Source: Candidatus Uhrbacteria bacterium (lineage in GTDB: Bacteria > Patescibacteriota > Patescibacteriia > UBA9934 > GWF2-40-263). From it: 64,000 nucleotides of DNA. A program made the translations under genes and the position numbers. Location of the stretch: positions 7,363 through 71,362 of the forward strand of contig JACPHU010000002.1 in the NCBI GenBank assembly GCA_016188495.1. The letters run 5' to 3'. Of this stretch, positions 30,298 to 39,315 are shown piece after piece; the first letter of the stretch is position 1, and every line of letters begins with the position of its first letter. The notes under the pieces are model-generated. The model had not been told where the DNA came from and made no database searches. It saw nothing but the letters and a program-made list of their open reading frames with translations.

Positions 30298-31593
30298 GTG
30301 GATGAGCGATATCGATTCTCGTGGCCGGATCCGGAATATCCAAACATAGTTACTCGGGATTTGACGATTCTCAGAAAAGGGAAAAAGGAAACCTCAGTAA
30401 AGCTCACAGGAGTGAAACTGAGGGAATTGATTCCGTATTGTTTGTATGAAGTCCCCGAATCCTCGCATGAGCAAGCGGGAGCGATTCCCGAACTGCGGCC
30501 AGGGCGAATTCTTTCGCGCAATCTGAAAATAAGTGAAGGAGTTTATGGAGGATCTGTTGAAGAGGAGATGGATCAGTGTTTTATCTCTTACGACGGTATC
30601 TACAAAGCCCGACGAGGATTGAGTCATATAGAACGGCGATATATTTCTACAGAAATTCCCGGCTTGCGCAAATGGTCTGCCGCTCTGGATTCTTTAACAC
30701 GTTTCTCCTGGGATTTGGAAAAATCAAACCAAGAAGGCCGACAGATACTTACGTCTGTGTCCGCACACACGGCTATCGAACATGGGTCCGTGATTGACTC
30801 GCATAAGGTTGCGGCTCGTGAACGGACAGTTCAGGCAGGAACGCTTGAGGATTCCAATGGGAGATTTAATCCAGGCCGGATTCCACTGATTTGTTTTGCT
30901 GGTGAAAGGAAGCTCCGCAAACGGACTCAAATTGTTCGTGGTATCGGACGGAAGATGAGTTTCAGGGAAGTGGTGCTGGAACAGATGATCGATGGTTTGC
31001 GAGATATTTGTATTAGCGTATCTCGATCACAGGAATATCGTTTGCGTTCCGGTTGGCTTACCCAATCTCTGGAGCGAACTCCTAGGAAGGTAAAACAAGA
31101 AGCTGATCGATTGCTTCAAGAAGCCATGCGTCTGCGGCACATCGTGACTCGGCCTTTTGCCCGTTCATTCAATCGCTGTGCCGTTGATTTGGAAGACGCG
31201 GCTCAGTTTCTTCAAGAGGCGGCGAACAATCGACGAAGCGAGCTGATTTCTCAGGCAAAGGAAAAGATCGGACAAGTGTACAGAGCCATGAAGCAATTAG
31301 AGTGTCATTGGCGTCTGGAAGAGGTATTATTTGAGATCTCCATTCTTCGGGATCGTAAACAAACCGTATCTGCTTTACAGCAACGGCTTTGGCATCGCGC
31401 TCTTGAGTCTGTACATCACCAACTTACAGCAGAGGAACCTCTCACTGGTAAACATTTAGAACATGGTTTCAAACGTCCTGTGTTACAGCGAGTCCGTCCG
31501 CATATTCAATTGGCTGATAAGTCTTTGATGCAAGATCCTCCTGATTTCAGGAGTGTTTATAAAGAATTGAAGACCGCTTGCGATCCCATCTGA
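30298..31593 (+). CDS. hypothetical Arg-rich protein, compositionally atypical
   Basis: 431-aa ORF, too long to be spurious at this GC; higher GC and Arg content than neighbours; no motifs recognised. Confidence 0.5.
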   Translation: MDERYRFSWPDPEYPNIVTRDLTILRKGKKETSVKLTGVKLRELIPYCLYEVPESSHEQAGAIPELRPGRILSRNLKISEGVYGGSVEEEMDQCFISYDGIYKARRGLSHIERRYISTEIPGLRKWSAALDSLTRFSWDLEKSNQEGRQILTSVSAHTAIEHGSVIDSHKVAARERTVQAGTLEDSNGRFNPGRIPLICFAGERKLRKRTQIVRGIGRKMSFREVVLEQMIDGLRDICISVSRSQEYRLRSGWLTQSLERTPRKVKQEADRLLQEAMRLRHIVTRPFARSFNRCAVDLEDAAQFLQEAANNRRSELISQAKEKIGQVYRAMKQLECHWRLEEVLFEISILRDRKQTVSALQQRLWHRALESVHHQLTAEEPLTGKHLEHGFKRPVLQRVRPHIQLADKSLMQDPPDFRSVYKELKTACDPI

Positions 31594-31622
31594 CCCGTAT
31601 TCGGGTCTTTTTTTCTATTCGT

Positions 31623-33746
31623 ATGTTAAACTATGGCCGTATGCAAGAGTTTACCCTTCATGATGATTTTGATCTCTCCAAAGCTCGTATTGATTATCAA
31701 AAAGAGCTGAATCCTCAGCAATTAGAGGTTGTTTTAAATGGAGAAGGGTCTGTGTTAGTTTTGGCTGGGGCGGGATCGGGAAAAACTCGAACGATTACCT
31801 ACCGTGTTTCTTATTTGCTCGAACGTGGAGTCAGCCCAGATAACATTTTATTACTGACTTTTACCAATAAAGCGGCTCAGGAAATGCTTTCGCGTGTAGA
31901 AGCTCTTTTGGGTTGGTATCCCAAGGGGCTTTGGGGAGGGACGTTTCACTCTGTTGCCAATCGGCTTTTAAGAATCTATGCGCCTGAGTTGGGATATTCA
32001 TCCAACTTTACGATTCTGGATCAAGAAGATACCAAAGCCCTCGTCAAGGTTTGTATTAAACTTCTTCAGGTAGATACAACCTCTCGTCGCTTTCCTTCAC
32101 CTTCTAAAATTCACGGACTTATTAGTTATGTTCAAAATTCAGGTAAGTCCATTTCAGAGGTTATTGAATCTAAATATCCTCAATTGAGTGAATTAACTGG
32201 TGTGATCGAACGTATCGCACAGATGTATGCTCAGAGGAAAAAAGAAGCGGACGCCATGGATTTTGATGATTTATTATTAACACTAAGGGAACTTCTTTCA
32301 ACCAACGAAGGTATTCGGCGTCGATTGTCACAGCAATTTGAATACGTCCTGGTAGATGAATATCAGGACACGAACGTCGTTCAGGCGGATCTCATTCGAC
32401 TTCTTTCACGCGAACACGGAAATCTTCTTGTTGTGGGGGATGATGCGCAATCTATTTATTCGTTTCGAGCCGCGGACATTCAAAATATTCTTGGTTTTCC
32501 ACAAACCTATTCAAACACGAAAACCTTTCGATTAACCACCAACTACCGTTCCACTCCGGAAATTTTGGCCATTGCCAATGCTTCTATTATTCAAAACAAA
32601 AATCAATTTGAAAAAGAATTGGTGTCCGTCCAACCTTCCTTAGAGCTTCCTCATCTTGTACCTGCCAATAATTCTGCACAGGAAGCGCAATTTATTTCTC
32701 AGAGAATTTTAATGTTAAGGGAAGAGGGAGTTCCCTTAAGAGAGGTTGCGGTGTTATTTCGTGCGGCTTTCCATTCTCAAGCACTTGAATTTGAACTGAT
32801 GAAACGTGATATTCCTTATGAGTATCGTGGTGGACTAAAGTTTTTTGAGCGAGCGCATATTAAAGATGTTCTTTCTTATTTGCGGATTAAAAGTAATCCT
32901 AAAGATGAAATGGCTTGGATACGTATTTTGGGATTACTCAGCGGAATAGGGCTTACTACAGCGCAGACGATTGCTGTACAGATGAAGATGCTCGGGTCAT
33001 TAAGTGATCTGTTTTCTTCACCGATAAAAATCCCAAAACGAGCGCAACCAGGTTGGACTGTTTTGCTAAAAACCCTCGAAGAGCTCGTCACGCAAGATCT
33101 TCCTTCGGATTTGATTCGATCGGTTGTGTCGGGTGATTATCGAAATTATTTAGAGGCTGAGTATCCAGATTTTATGGATCGTTTGGAAGATTTGGAACAG
33201 TTTGCGTTGTTTGCGCAAGGGTATATGAGTCTTCAGGTTTTTTTGGATGAGATTTCATTGAGTCTGGATTATGGGGCTCTTCGCGAAGAAGGAGGATTAC
33301 GCGAAGAAGAAAAAATTGTTCTTTCTACCATTCATCAAGCCAAAGGATTGGAATGGACAGCTGTTTTTGTCATGCATCTGATTGATGGAAAGTTTCCTAA
33401 TGATCGGGCGCTTGAAGAAGATGGAGGTCTGGAGGAAGAACGTCGGCTTTTTTATGTCGCAGCCACTCGTGCGCGCAAACAGCTTTTTTTTACCTATCCC
33501 ATAACATCCGGGTACGATACACTTGTGTTGAGTCAACCTTCCATTTTTTTACAAGAATTACCTGATAAATTGTTTGAGAAAATTCTTTTAAAGACAGCGG
33601 TAAATTCTTTTTCCTCTCGCACGTCTTCGTACCAATCCTCGTGGGACGATGACGGTCCTACCATCGTATTTGACGAGTTAGGAGAGCGTGTTCAAAAAGA
33701 AATGCCAAAAGGAATGAGTTTTTTAAGAAATATTGATGAATTATGA
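31623..33746 (+). CDS. pcrA: ATP-dependent DNA helicase, UvrD/PcrA/Rep family
   Basis: LNPQQLEVV...AGAGSGKTRT (motif I), TFTNKAAQEM, DEYQDTN, VVGDDAQSIY, TIHQAKGLEW, YVAATRAR motifs. Confidence 0.88.
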   Translation: MLNYGRMQEFTLHDDFDLSKARIDYQKELNPQQLEVVLNGEGSVLVLAGAGSGKTRTITYRVSYLLERGVSPDNILLLTFTNKAAQEMLSRVEALLGWYPKGLWGGTFHSVANRLLRIYAPELGYSSNFTILDQEDTKALVKVCIKLLQVDTTSRRFPSPSKIHGLISYVQNSGKSISEVIESKYPQLSELTGVIERIAQMYAQRKKEADAMDFDDLLLTLRELLSTNEGIRRRLSQQFEYVLVDEYQDTNVVQADLIRLLSREHGNLLVVGDDAQSIYSFRAADIQNILGFPQTYSNTKTFRLTTNYRSTPEILAIANASIIQNKNQFEKELVSVQPSLELPHLVPANNSAQEAQFISQRILMLREEGVPLREVAVLFRAAFHSQALEFELMKRDIPYEYRGGLKFFERAHIKDVLSYLRIKSNPKDEMAWIRILGLLSGIGLTTAQTIAVQMKMLGSLSDLFSSPIKIPKRAQPGWTVLLKTLEELVTQDLPSDLIRSVVSGDYRNYLEAEYPDFMDRLEDLEQFALFAQGYMSLQVFLDEISLSLDYGALREEGGLREEEKIVLSTIHQAKGLEWTAVFVMHLIDGKFPNDRALEEDGGLEEERRLFYVAATRARKQLFFTYPITSGYDTLVLSQPSIFLQELPDKLFEKILLKTAVNSFSSRTSSYQSSWDDDGPTIVFDELGERVQKEMPKGMSFLRNIDEL

Positions 33747-35346
33747 TAAACCTATGAGTGAAGGCAGAGGTAAGAACTCGGTTTCCCCACCTTTCATGGA
33801 AGGTCTAAGAGAAAAACATCAAGAGGCCAATTTTGAAAGACGTGAACAAAAAACCAGTGTGTTGGTTTTTTGTGAGATTCCTCAGACTCTCCAAGAAGCA
33901 TTACCCAAGAGTACAGATAAGAAACGAGCGCAAATGGATGAAAAGCGTTTTACCGCTCGGAGTAAAGCTTTTACAGAGTTGATAAAGGAACTTGCTAAAG
34001 AAGGAGGAGAACAGGAAAAAAAAGGAATCGGGAATATTTCAGCAACGCTTGCTCGATTGATGGAGTTGCATGTTTTAGATCAACCTAAAATGATTCGTCC
34101 TAAAGATGAAACGCCTTATATCTGTCTCACCACAAGAAGAGCTGATACCGCTTTTGATCAAAAATCACTCATTCTTCAACGAGGATCAGATGGAACATTG
34201 TATTATACGTGTTCTGTTTCACGTCTTACCTCGGTTTATAACCGATTACCGGTGATCGAATCTTCGGGCGGAGATTTTACAAAATGGATTAAACAGCTGT
34301 TTGTTGGTTTAGACGTGTCTGTTGAAGTAGACCATTCCCGTCCAGGCGGAGTGAGTCTGGAAGGCGGTTATCCTGCACAGATAGAAAAAGTGAATGTTTC
34401 TGCAAAACTTTCAACAAAAGAAGAAGCTTTTGAACTTTTTCAAGCATTAGAATTGAGTCAGATTTTTATGCGTGGCATGGAATCTGAAGTGAAACATCGT
34501 ACGGAAAAGGTTTTAAATACAGATTGGAAAAGAAATCGTGCCTATGTTGTAGAAGGCGAAACTTATCTTTATGATGTTGTTCATGAAAAAGCATTGGAAG
34601 CATTTAAAGCGTTTTTTGAAACAACACAGGGGAAACAACGCATCCCTGATATCGTTGATGTGAATGTTCTTTTGAGAGAAGATTCCATGACACCTATTAT
34701 TTATGTTCAGCAGAAAGAAGAAATTCTTGGACAGGCATGGACATTTCACAAAACACTCGAATTAAAACCAATCCCTTTGGGTTTCAGTATTCCAGAGTTG
34801 CATATTGAATCACTCGAACTTTCCCCTTTGCCCGTCTATGGACAAGAATCAGCCAAGCGTCAGCGGGTCCAATTACCTAGAGACCAACAGCCCTCTATTG
34901 CTGTTCCTTTTTATGCAGCTATGCATGAACCGAGTTTTGATCGTCGACCAAAACTTGAACTGCTTCACGCTCTTGGAAAATGGTTTAAAGCTCAGGCAGG
35001 AAAGGAATCGAAGCGGTATCACGCAGAAAAGAATTTGCAAGACATAGAAAAACATTTAACGACATTAGGAATAAGGATAGATGAATTGCATGGTAAAACG
35101 AGATCTGAACAAGAGATGTTTTTAAAGAAAACCTATCGGCAACTTTCTCGACAGTATCATCCGGATTTTCATCCGAATGATCCAAACGCGGAATCAAAAA
35201 TGAAAGAATTAACACAGGCCAAGCGTTTCTTTTTTGATGAATTTGGATTAGATCTTTTACCTAGCAGCTATGAAGAACCGTTAGATATTGAGCGTGATGA
35301 TGAAATACATAACACACCGTCAGAGACGTTAAGGCTTGTTTCTTGA
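33733..35346 (+). CDS. protein with C-terminal J-domain (DnaJ-like HPD motif) and uncharacterised N-terminal region
   Basis: C-terminal YRQLSRQYHPDFHPNDPNAESKMKELTQAKRFF is a J-domain with the HPD tripeptide; N-terminal 450 aa match nothing known. Confidence 0.6.
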   Translation: MMNYDKPMSEGRGKNSVSPPFMEGLREKHQEANFERREQKTSVLVFCEIPQTLQEALPKSTDKKRAQMDEKRFTARSKAFTELIKELAKEGGEQEKKGIGNISATLARLMELHVLDQPKMIRPKDETPYICLTTRRADTAFDQKSLILQRGSDGTLYYTCSVSRLTSVYNRLPVIESSGGDFTKWIKQLFVGLDVSVEVDHSRPGGVSLEGGYPAQIEKVNVSAKLSTKEEAFELFQALELSQIFMRGMESEVKHRTEKVLNTDWKRNRAYVVEGETYLYDVVHEKALEAFKAFFETTQGKQRIPDIVDVNVLLREDSMTPIIYVQQKEEILGQAWTFHKTLELKPIPLGFSIPELHIESLELSPLPVYGQESAKRQRVQLPRDQQPSIAVPFYAAMHEPSFDRRPKLELLHALGKWFKAQAGKESKRYHAEKNLQDIEKHLTTLGIRIDELHGKTRSEQEMFLKKTYRQLSRQYHPDFHPNDPNAESKMKELTQAKRFFFDEFGLDLLPSSYEEPLDIERDDEIHNTPSETLRLVS

Positions 35347-36497
35347 AACATATGATGAACTACAATGAAAAATCACTTGAATTGCACAGACAAAAAAGGG
35401 GGAAATTAGAAGTTGTTTCCACAGTCCCTCTTGATTCGCGAGAAGATTTATCTGTTGCGTATACTCCCGGAGTGGCAGCGGCGTGTTTGGCGATTGCGAA
35501 AGACCCACAGTGCGCGCAAGAGCTCACCATTAAAGGACACATGGTTGCCGTGGTTACGGACGGCTCTGCCGTGTTGGGATTAGGCAATATTGGTGCGTTA
35601 GCAGGATTGCCTGTCATGGAAGGGAAAGCGATTCTGTTTAAAAAATTTGCTGGAATCGATGCTTTTCCTATCTGTTTAAACACCCAAAACGTGGATGAGA
35701 TTGTAGAGACGGTCAAACGGATTGCTCCGGGGTTTGGAGGGATCAATCTTGAGGATATTGCTGCTCCTGCGTGTTTTGAGGTTGAACGTCGGCTGATCGA
35801 AGAACTAGATATTCCCGTGATGCATGACGATCAGCACGGAACAGCCGTTGTTGTTTTAGCAGGACTGTTAAATGCTCTTAAGGTGGTGGAAAAAAAGATG
35901 GAAGACGTCTTTGTTGTTATTTCTGGAGCAGGAGCAGGAGGAATGGGAATTGCCCATCTCTTATTTGAGGCAGGACTTAAACACGTTGTTATGCTTGATT
36001 CCAAAGGGATTATTGCCTCAGGTCGTGAAGGAATGAATATCTATAAAGAAGAATTGGCCGCGCGTATTAATCCTGAAGGACGTACCGGCACACTTGCTGA
36101 TGCGCTTCAGGGTGCAGATGTCTTTATTGGGGTGAGTCAACCTAATCTGGTGACACGCCAAATGGTTCAGACGATGGCTGCGAAAGCGATTATTTTTGCT
36201 CTTGCCAATCCTATTCCTGAAATTATGCCTGAAGAGGCACTTGCAGGGGGTGCACTGGTTGTTGCTACAGGGCGTTCTGATTTTCCTAATCAAGTAAACA
36301 ATGTGTTGGCATTTCCTGGTATTTTTAAAGGGGTTCTTGAAGGCGGATTAAAGAAAATTACACCAAAGATGCGCGTGGCTGCTGCTCATGCTCTTGCGCA
36401 AATGGTGACTCATCCAACTCCTGAAAAAATTATGCCGTCACCTTTTGACGAAGGCGTTGCAGAAACTGTTGCGCAAGCGGTAAAAGCAGCTATGTAA
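35343..36497 (+). CDS. maeB: NAD(P)-dependent malic enzyme (short form)
   Basis: LSVAYTPGVA, VVTDGSAVLGLGNIG, GINLEDIAAPACF and VISGAGAGGMGIA motifs. Confidence 0.85.
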   Translation: MKHMMNYNEKSLELHRQKRGKLEVVSTVPLDSREDLSVAYTPGVAAACLAIAKDPQCAQELTIKGHMVAVVTDGSAVLGLGNIGALAGLPVMEGKAILFKKFAGIDAFPICLNTQNVDEIVETVKRIAPGFGGINLEDIAAPACFEVERRLIEELDIPVMHDDQHGTAVVVLAGLLNALKVVEKKMEDVFVVISGAGAGGMGIAHLLFEAGLKHVVMLDSKGIIASGREGMNIYKEELAARINPEGRTGTLADALQGADVFIGVSQPNLVTRQMVQTMAAKAIIFALANPIPEIMPEEALAGGALVVATGRSDFPNQVNNVLAFPGIFKGVLEGGLKKITPKMRVAAAHALAQMVTHPTPEKIMPSPFDEGVAETVAQAVKAAM

Positions 36498-36500
36498 TGT

Positions 36501-37061
36501 ATGGTACGTTCAGCAACAAAACGAAACATCCGTTGGGGATCGAGTGTGGGAACAGGAATTATTGTTCTTTGTTTATTTCTTCTTTTTATTTTGGGTGTTA
36601 AGTGGTTTCGTTCTGAGCCTGTCGAAGAAAAAAATACCGTTCCTTCTCTTGTGAATGTGTTGACACCGGATCCTATTTCTCAAACGCTTATAAACGGATC
36701 TGTTGATACGAAAAGTCAGGAAGCAAAGCTTGTCTGGACCGCAACAGGAGAATCGGTTGGAATGGCCGTGCGAGGAAAAAAGGATGAGAAATATTACCTT
36801 GATTTAAAGGCTGTCTTGCCTGAAATCGATTCAGAGCAGGTGTATTATCAGATATGGCTTCTACGTCGCTTGCCTTATGATTTTTTTTCTTTAGGAGCAA
36901 TGATTGTGCAGGAAGACGGATCTTTTGTTTTTCAATGGGAGGCTCCTTCCGATGATGAAGACTATTTGAACTATACAGAGATTGTTATTACAGCCAATCA
37001 ATATACCGGTAGTGCTGATCCTGGAGCCCATTTAGTTGAAGGGACTTTTGGAAAGTACTAA
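36501..37061 (+). CDS. hypothetical membrane-anchored protein
   Basis: 186 aa, single N-terminal TM helix. Confidence 0.45.
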   Translation: MVRSATKRNIRWGSSVGTGIIVLCLFLLFILGVKWFRSEPVEEKNTVPSLVNVLTPDPISQTLINGSVDTKSQEAKLVWTATGESVGMAVRGKKDEKYYLDLKAVLPEIDSEQVYYQIWLLRRLPYDFFSLGAMIVQEDGSFVFQWEAPSDDEDYLNYTEIVITANQYTGSADPGAHLVEGTFGKY

Positions 37062-37107
37062 TGGTAGCGATTCCCTCTAAAATTCATTGAGTGGGTTAGA
37101 GAGCTTT

Positions 37108-37356
37108 CTATCCATCTGTATAGAGTTCAACCAGTCGCCATTCAAGAAATTCTGAATCCAGTTTGAGTTTGAAGTAATTGTTTACATCCGAGACGGAAAA
37201 ATAGTAGATACGTTTGTGCCCCTCATGAGAACTTTGGACAAGATTTACGGTTTTAATGACGTAGTTTTGTTCGTTCCATCTGAGTGAACAGGGGAGAATA
37301 CGATTATCTTTAAACGAAACGACGACATCGATAGGGTCGTTAAGTAGTTCGTGCAT
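37108..37356 (-). CDS. small hypothetical protein (82 aa)
   Basis: ORF only; lies downstream of lexA and flanked by a repeat copy. Confidence 0.3.
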   Translation of the reverse strand: MHELLNDPIDVVVSFKDNRILPCSLRWNEQNYVIKTVNLVQSSHEGHKRIYYFSVSDVNNYFKLKLDSEFLEWRLVELYTDG

Positions 37357-37371
37357 AGGAAAAGATGTTTA

Positions 37372-37497
37372 AACCTCTGCAAAACTCGCGATCTTGCCTT
37401 TCACGGGCGCCCGTTGACCACACTCTCCCTATTCTGAATAGGGTTCGTGCGGCTCAACAGCCCGTTCAAGGCAATCTCATCGAGTTTTGCAAAGGTC
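37372..37497. repeat. family-1 repeat, short form (copy D)
   Basis: TIR acctctgcaaaactcg/cgagttttgcaaaggtc; lacks the 35-nt GC module. Confidence 0.8.
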
Positions 37498-37938
37498 TTA
37501 TTATATGTGAAAGAAGTTCACGGAGAGTTCGTTTGATTTGACGGCGGCTTGTGCGGATACGAAATAAACGCAATCCTTTTGCCATTCGTTGATCGCGTCG
37601 ACGTGGAAGAAAGCAAAACGTATTAAAGTGATGACGAAGGATGGAGGTAGACATAATAAAGAGGGTTTAGATGAATGATTGGGATCAATCGTCTAAGACA
37701 ACGGCTCGGCCGCAAAAAGGATCAAGGACGTGATCTCTTCTATTCCGCTCAGATTGAATAGAAGAACGATCTTTCCTTTTTCCAGCTTTGTAGCAGAGTC
37801 GTTATCTTGGACACATGAAGGATAAGATCAGAGAGATTTTTCCGGCCTAGTTGCTCTCCGATCTTTCCTTTATTACAATAAAAAAGCTGCCATACGTCTG
37901 GGATTTCGTTCCCGCACGTAACCGGTGGTTTTTGTAAG

Positions 37939-37981
37939 GAACACTGTTTTGTCTTGCCGGACGCCAGTGTTCTTTTTTTTG
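37939..37981 (+). terminator. rho-independent terminator in an ORF-free region
   Basis: gaacactg...cagtgttc stem followed by T8. Confidence 0.5.
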
Positions 37982-38032
37982 CACAGACTGTTGTGTGATC
38001 CCGTTCACAACAGAATGCACATGAAATCTCTC

Positions 38033-38190
38033 CATAAATCGATGAGATTGCGGTGCACGGGCTGCCCGCCCGACTGAACGACGAGCAATCCTGTTCAGTC
38101 GTTCGGGCGGGTCGAGCTCCGCGAACCCTACTCACAGTAGGGAGAGTGGAGTCGACGGGGCCCGTAAGCCGCAAGATCGCGATTTCTGGA
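38033..38190. repeat. family-1 repeat, long form (copy E)
   Basis: aaatcgatgagattgcggtgcacg start identical to copy A; gcccgcccga...cgggcggg module; ends 10 nt from the lexA stop. Confidence 0.8.
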
Positions 38191-38199
38191 GGGATTTCT

Positions 38200-38814
38200 C
38201 TACACAGGTTGGAATTTTCGTATAACAGCTCTTACTACTCCTTGGATGATGCAGTCTTGGACATAAATAGGATCCATTGAACTGTTTGCTGGTTGGAGAC
38301 GGATTCTATTTTTTTCTCGGTAGAAGCGTTTGAGTGTGGCAAAGGCGTTGTCCATGAGAGCAACGACCACCTCGCCGTTTCTGGGAGAGGGATTGCGTTC
38401 GATCACCACAAAGTCTCCGTTGAGAATCCCGTCTTCGATCATTGAACGTCCTTTGACCCGCAGAACATAAGAGTTAGCACCATCTAGGACAAAGTCTGCA
38501 GGAACGGCCATGGCTTCGTTGTCTTGTACGGCTTCGATAGGTTCTCCGGCTGTGATGAGTCCCAACAGAGGGAGCATGATTGATGATTCGGATGGAGATT
38601 CTTGTACAAGTTCGATAGATCGGGCTTCGCCGTCTTCTCCGTTGGTAATAAGACCTTTTTCTAAAAGCATTTGAACGTGCCCATGTACCGTTGCAGGAGA
38701 GGATAATCCAAAATGGTCGGCAATTTCACGATAGGATGGAGCATAACCATTTTCGCTCAGGTGTTCGCGAATGAATTCCAGAACTTCAGCCTGTTTTTTT
38801 GTGAGTGGTGGCAT
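38200..38814 (-). CDS. lexA: SOS transcriptional repressor LexA (S24 peptidase)
   Basis: N-terminal wHTH (LSENGYAPSYREIA), Ala-Gly cleavage region, GRSM Ser-nucleophile motif and the catalytic Lys in the C-terminal region. Confidence 0.9.
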   Translation of the reverse strand: MPPLTKKQAEVLEFIREHLSENGYAPSYREIADHFGLSSPATVHGHVQMLLEKGLITNGEDGEARSIELVQESPSESSIMLPLLGLITAGEPIEAVQDNEAMAVPADFVLDGANSYVLRVKGRSMIEDGILNGDFVVIERNPSPRNGEVVVALMDNAFATLKRFYREKNRIRLQPANSSMDPIYVQDCIIQGVVRAVIRKFQPV

Positions 38815-38825
38815 AGGGGAGTAAG

Positions 38826-38953
38826 GAGACCTCTACAAAACTCGCGATCTTGCCTTTCACGGGCACCCGTCGATCCCGTTCTCCCTATGTGAATAGGGTT
38901 CTCGGGACTCGACAGCCCGTTCAAGGCGATCTCATCGAGTTTTGTAGAGGTCT
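38826..38953. repeat. family-1 repeat, short form (copy F) in the lexA 5' leader
   Basis: perfect 19-bp TIR gagacctctacaaaactcg/cgagttttgtagaggtctc; begins 12 nt upstream of the lexA start codon. Confidence 0.85.
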
Positions 38954-38972
38954 CTAAGTGAAGTGGATAACT

Positions 38973-39014
38973 GTTCGCTTTCTGTTCGTATTATATTGCG
39001 AACAAAAACCGAAC
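38973..39014. promoter_or_regulatory. candidate LexA operator: composite palindrome TGTTCG-N6-GTTCG-N10-CGAAC-N6-CGAACA
   Basis: two GTTC-N7-GTTC / GAAC-N7-GAAC half-sites arranged as a 17-bp inverted repeat in the lexA/metK divergent region. Confidence 0.3.
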
Positions 39015-39115
39015 ACAAGAGAAGGGTGTGGATATCGTTTTTTATTCACCTAACATCCCCAAGTTTTGCGATGACAGTCGAGTAAAATTTTGGTATTCTG
39101 AGGCAGTATTTCTTT

Positions 39116-39314
39116 GGAGATCTTTGTAAAACTCGATGAGACCTACTTGCCGGTAGGCAGGTAGCCTTGCCTGCCTGTCGGCAGACAGGAATGGGGAAAC
39201 CCGTCCGAACGGACATAAGGCCGGGCGGGTCGGCGACAGAGTCGTACCTAAACGTACGGCGACAAGCCGATGAGGCCCCATGAAATGAAAGATCGCGAGT
39301 TTTGCAAAGATCTC
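39116..39314. repeat. family-1 repeat, variant subfamily (copy G), abutting the metK start
   Basis: TIR agatctttgtaaaactcg/cgagttttgcaaagatct; interior shares gaatggggaaacccgtccgaacggacataaggccgggcgggt with the repeat at 61806-62000. Confidence 0.8.
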
Positions 39315-39315
39315 T

